Below are positions 61,397 to 64,000 of a stretch of DNA of 64,000 nucleotides, piece by piece. The stretch lies in assembly GCA_030248215.1 (NCBI GenBank), contig JASANG010003130.1:1-64000 (forward strand). The letters run 5' to 3'. Every line of letters starts with the position of its first letter. The stretch's first letter is position 1. The translations under genes were made by a program, and so were the position numbers. The notes beneath the pieces were generated by a model. The model saw only the letters and a program-made list of their open reading frames with translations. It did not search any database and was not told the DNA's origin. This DNA is from Enoplolaimus lenunculus (taxonomy: Eukaryota).

Positions 61397-64000
61397 ACGT
61401 GGGAAAAGTGACGTTCTCGGTTAATGCGTTTGGTGCATAACCCACGAGAACGCGCTAAGTAAGCCTGTTTCGGAATCGAAGCTATCTACGTGTAGACTAC
61501 GCCACTGTTATCACTTGGCGACCTTCATTGTAATTATTGATGTTCTAATGTAAAAATGAGGTTAGTAAGTTTAAATAAGTGGCACAAAATTGAAAGTCTG
61601 TGCGACATGTCAGCCATTTTTTAATTAAAGATTTTGTCACGGGGAGATGTACGCTCTGTCCACCCCTGCGTGCCTTGCATTCGCTAGTGCTCCTAAAATT
61701 TAATCTTGACGACGTCCGTGTTGTTTGGCGAAAGTGGAATTATGGTAATGCAATGTCTCAATGTGCTTTTTAAAAATCGAAATGAAAACGGGACGGTGAC
61801 TGTTTTTACGGAAATGGGGCGCGGCGCCAGTAGTGTGTAGAGAAGTTTGTTAGAAAAGCCAGGATTTTTGGTTTGTTAAGGGCCAAATACATGCACCCAA
61901 AAAAGCTTTAAAGGACTATTGGAGGCCTATTGAAGGGTTATTACGCTTTTATGCACAGACTTAAAAAACACAGCATGTTGCAAGGGAGACAGATGAGACA
62001 TGTGAGAACTCGGGTTAAAAATCTCACAAAACTCACAAAATATTTCAAATTTTCTAACGTTTATTCCAAACGAAGTTCTTAGCGCTGGCATCCTGCTTCC
62101 AGGCCCCACCGCTTGCATGCGCCGTTCTGATAAATGTTATATAAAAGTTTTTCATGTAACACTTAAATAAAAAATTGCGTATATAGTACAATGTAACAGC
62201 GCAGTGTTGGCGTGTTGGTTTCGTTTTTAGGAAGTGACAGCTGAACACGAAATTCGAATTGGAGCCGAAATGGGGGCGATCAGATACTTTTTTCTCCACA
62301 TTTACGCTTTTGGTTAAGAAAAGGCTCTGCTGAGGTACTAAAGTAGCCGTTGAGGCAATTAAACGTTAATTTTCAATTTTTGAGAGACGAGCACTTTCGG
62401 ATGTCTGGTGAGCTACTCAGGCCTAGCCCTAAACAGTTATTTGAACCAAACTTTTGTATTTTTTATTACGCTTAAAATAAACTTTCAATGAATGTTTGAT
62501 TTTATTTGTTTGCAAAGTATGAGGAGTTAATATACTCAAAAATTAGACAAATTTGGTCAACTGAATACCTTCATGTCGTCTTGAAATATCGAATTGGTTG
62601 CGGCACCCACAATTTGTTATCTAAGTTAAGAATTGGTAGAATTTTATTTAACCATTCAACAAGTACCTATGAAATAAAATGAAATTGCGACATTTTTAAG
62701 TTTTTTTGGTTCCCAAAAATACGCGCTACCCAAAATGGCTCATAAAATGGGATACACCAACAATTCTTTCAATTGTGTCTGCTCCAGGAAAATTGGTCCG
62801 CCTAGCAAAAACTATCAGCTTTCAACGAGATTAACGGTCACAACAAAGTAAACTTTCTATGAATGTTTGATATATTCGTTGGCAAGGTGTGATAAGTTCT
62901 TGTTTTTTATTGCACAATTCAATACATGTATCTATTGTTGATAAATATCTATTTTATTTTATTAACAATATTAGCAGATAGCACATGCTGATTTTTACGT
63001 AGGCCCAAGAGCTCGCCTGCGCTTCAGTCTAAGCGCGCTTCCCGGCTAGACTATTACCGGACTTTGTTTCTGTTTCCTCGAATCTCAGACGTTCACTGAT
63101 GAATTCCCAGATTTTACCGGACGCGGACACCCTGCATGTACGTTAATAGTTTGATTTTCCGTTTAATAGTTTTTAATTAGAAAATTAAAAATTACCGCGA
63201 AAAAATTGTTAACTGTTTGAGCGAGTGTTTTTGTTCCTATTCTAAAGGACTGACAAAGTAGGACAATCATTTGTGCTTCTAAGTTAGTAGTGGCATCCGC
63301 AGAATATTAGATTTTGGGTGGGGACTAAATAATTTTCGCAGGCCCTACAATTACAGTTGAAGATATCACAATCTCGCCGAAACTATTTGAGGGGCACCTG
63401 TTGGATTTTGGGGCGCGGCCCCTAATGGTCACCAGTCAGGACGCCAATGTTAGTTAAATAAAATTGAACATAAAATCATTATATACAAAGTTTGGTTGGT
63501 ATGTTGGTAGAGAAGCGCACTAGTATATACAAACTTAAAAAAATTTTGATATTAGTTATGATATTGACGTGCTATATAACGCACTTTAATACATATGCAA
63601 TACGTTACTCTTTGCAATATACAAAGTTATGTATCGAATTTTAGGTGAAGTACAACAGGAGCAGGCCCGCAGACGGGAATACTTAGGTCTTAGCTTAGGT
63701 TTATGATCAGTTATATAGATCTATACGCTGTGTGTATACTTACGCTAGAAGACTTAGGCTTCGGCTTAAGCAAACCTAAATAAGCCTAAGCCTATCTTAA
63801 GCCTAAACGTCAATGGTGTTCCCACGTGGGCCTTGGAGGAACGTGCCCTTCTCAATTTGGCTGATGTCCCCAAATATGCCCCCCAAATGTATTAAATTTT
63901 TTTAGACGCCCCTGGATATTACAATGTCTGACCGAGTTTATTTGGGGGCACCAAAAGAAGATGGGGGCTATTTAATGACACCCGTAAAGACGCCCTAACG

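Overview
AT-rich animal (invertebrate-type, possibly tunicate; inference) genomic DNA with two spliced genes I could rebuild by hand, arranged tail-to-tail. (1) A complete 5-exon KDEL receptor (ERD2/KDELR, 212 aa, + strand, 1087-6444). (2) A ~28-kb, 20-exon minus-strand gene (40959-12541) encoding a divergent SLC18B1-like MFS transporter. It is fused to an unusual ~460-aa disordered, basic/His-rich N-terminal extension and has a single +1 frame break in an A6 run at the start of the transporter domain. Its first intron holds a foreign-looking block: a decayed ~280-codon frame plus a TG...CA-bounded segment carrying an intact antisense 87-aa ORF with a PAM2 motif and a C-terminal transmembrane helix. 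The rest is dense in non-autonomous elements: DINE-1/Helentron-like elements with (GTCY)n and 154-175-bp internal repeats, TTAA-flanked piggyBac-type MITEs carrying a tRNA-Gly-like module, hAT-, P-like and TA-flanked MITEs, foldbacks and minisatellites. A G-depleted poly(A) tract at ~46.4-47.15 kb looks like an assembly artefact. No gene could be rebuilt convincingly in 41-64 kb.
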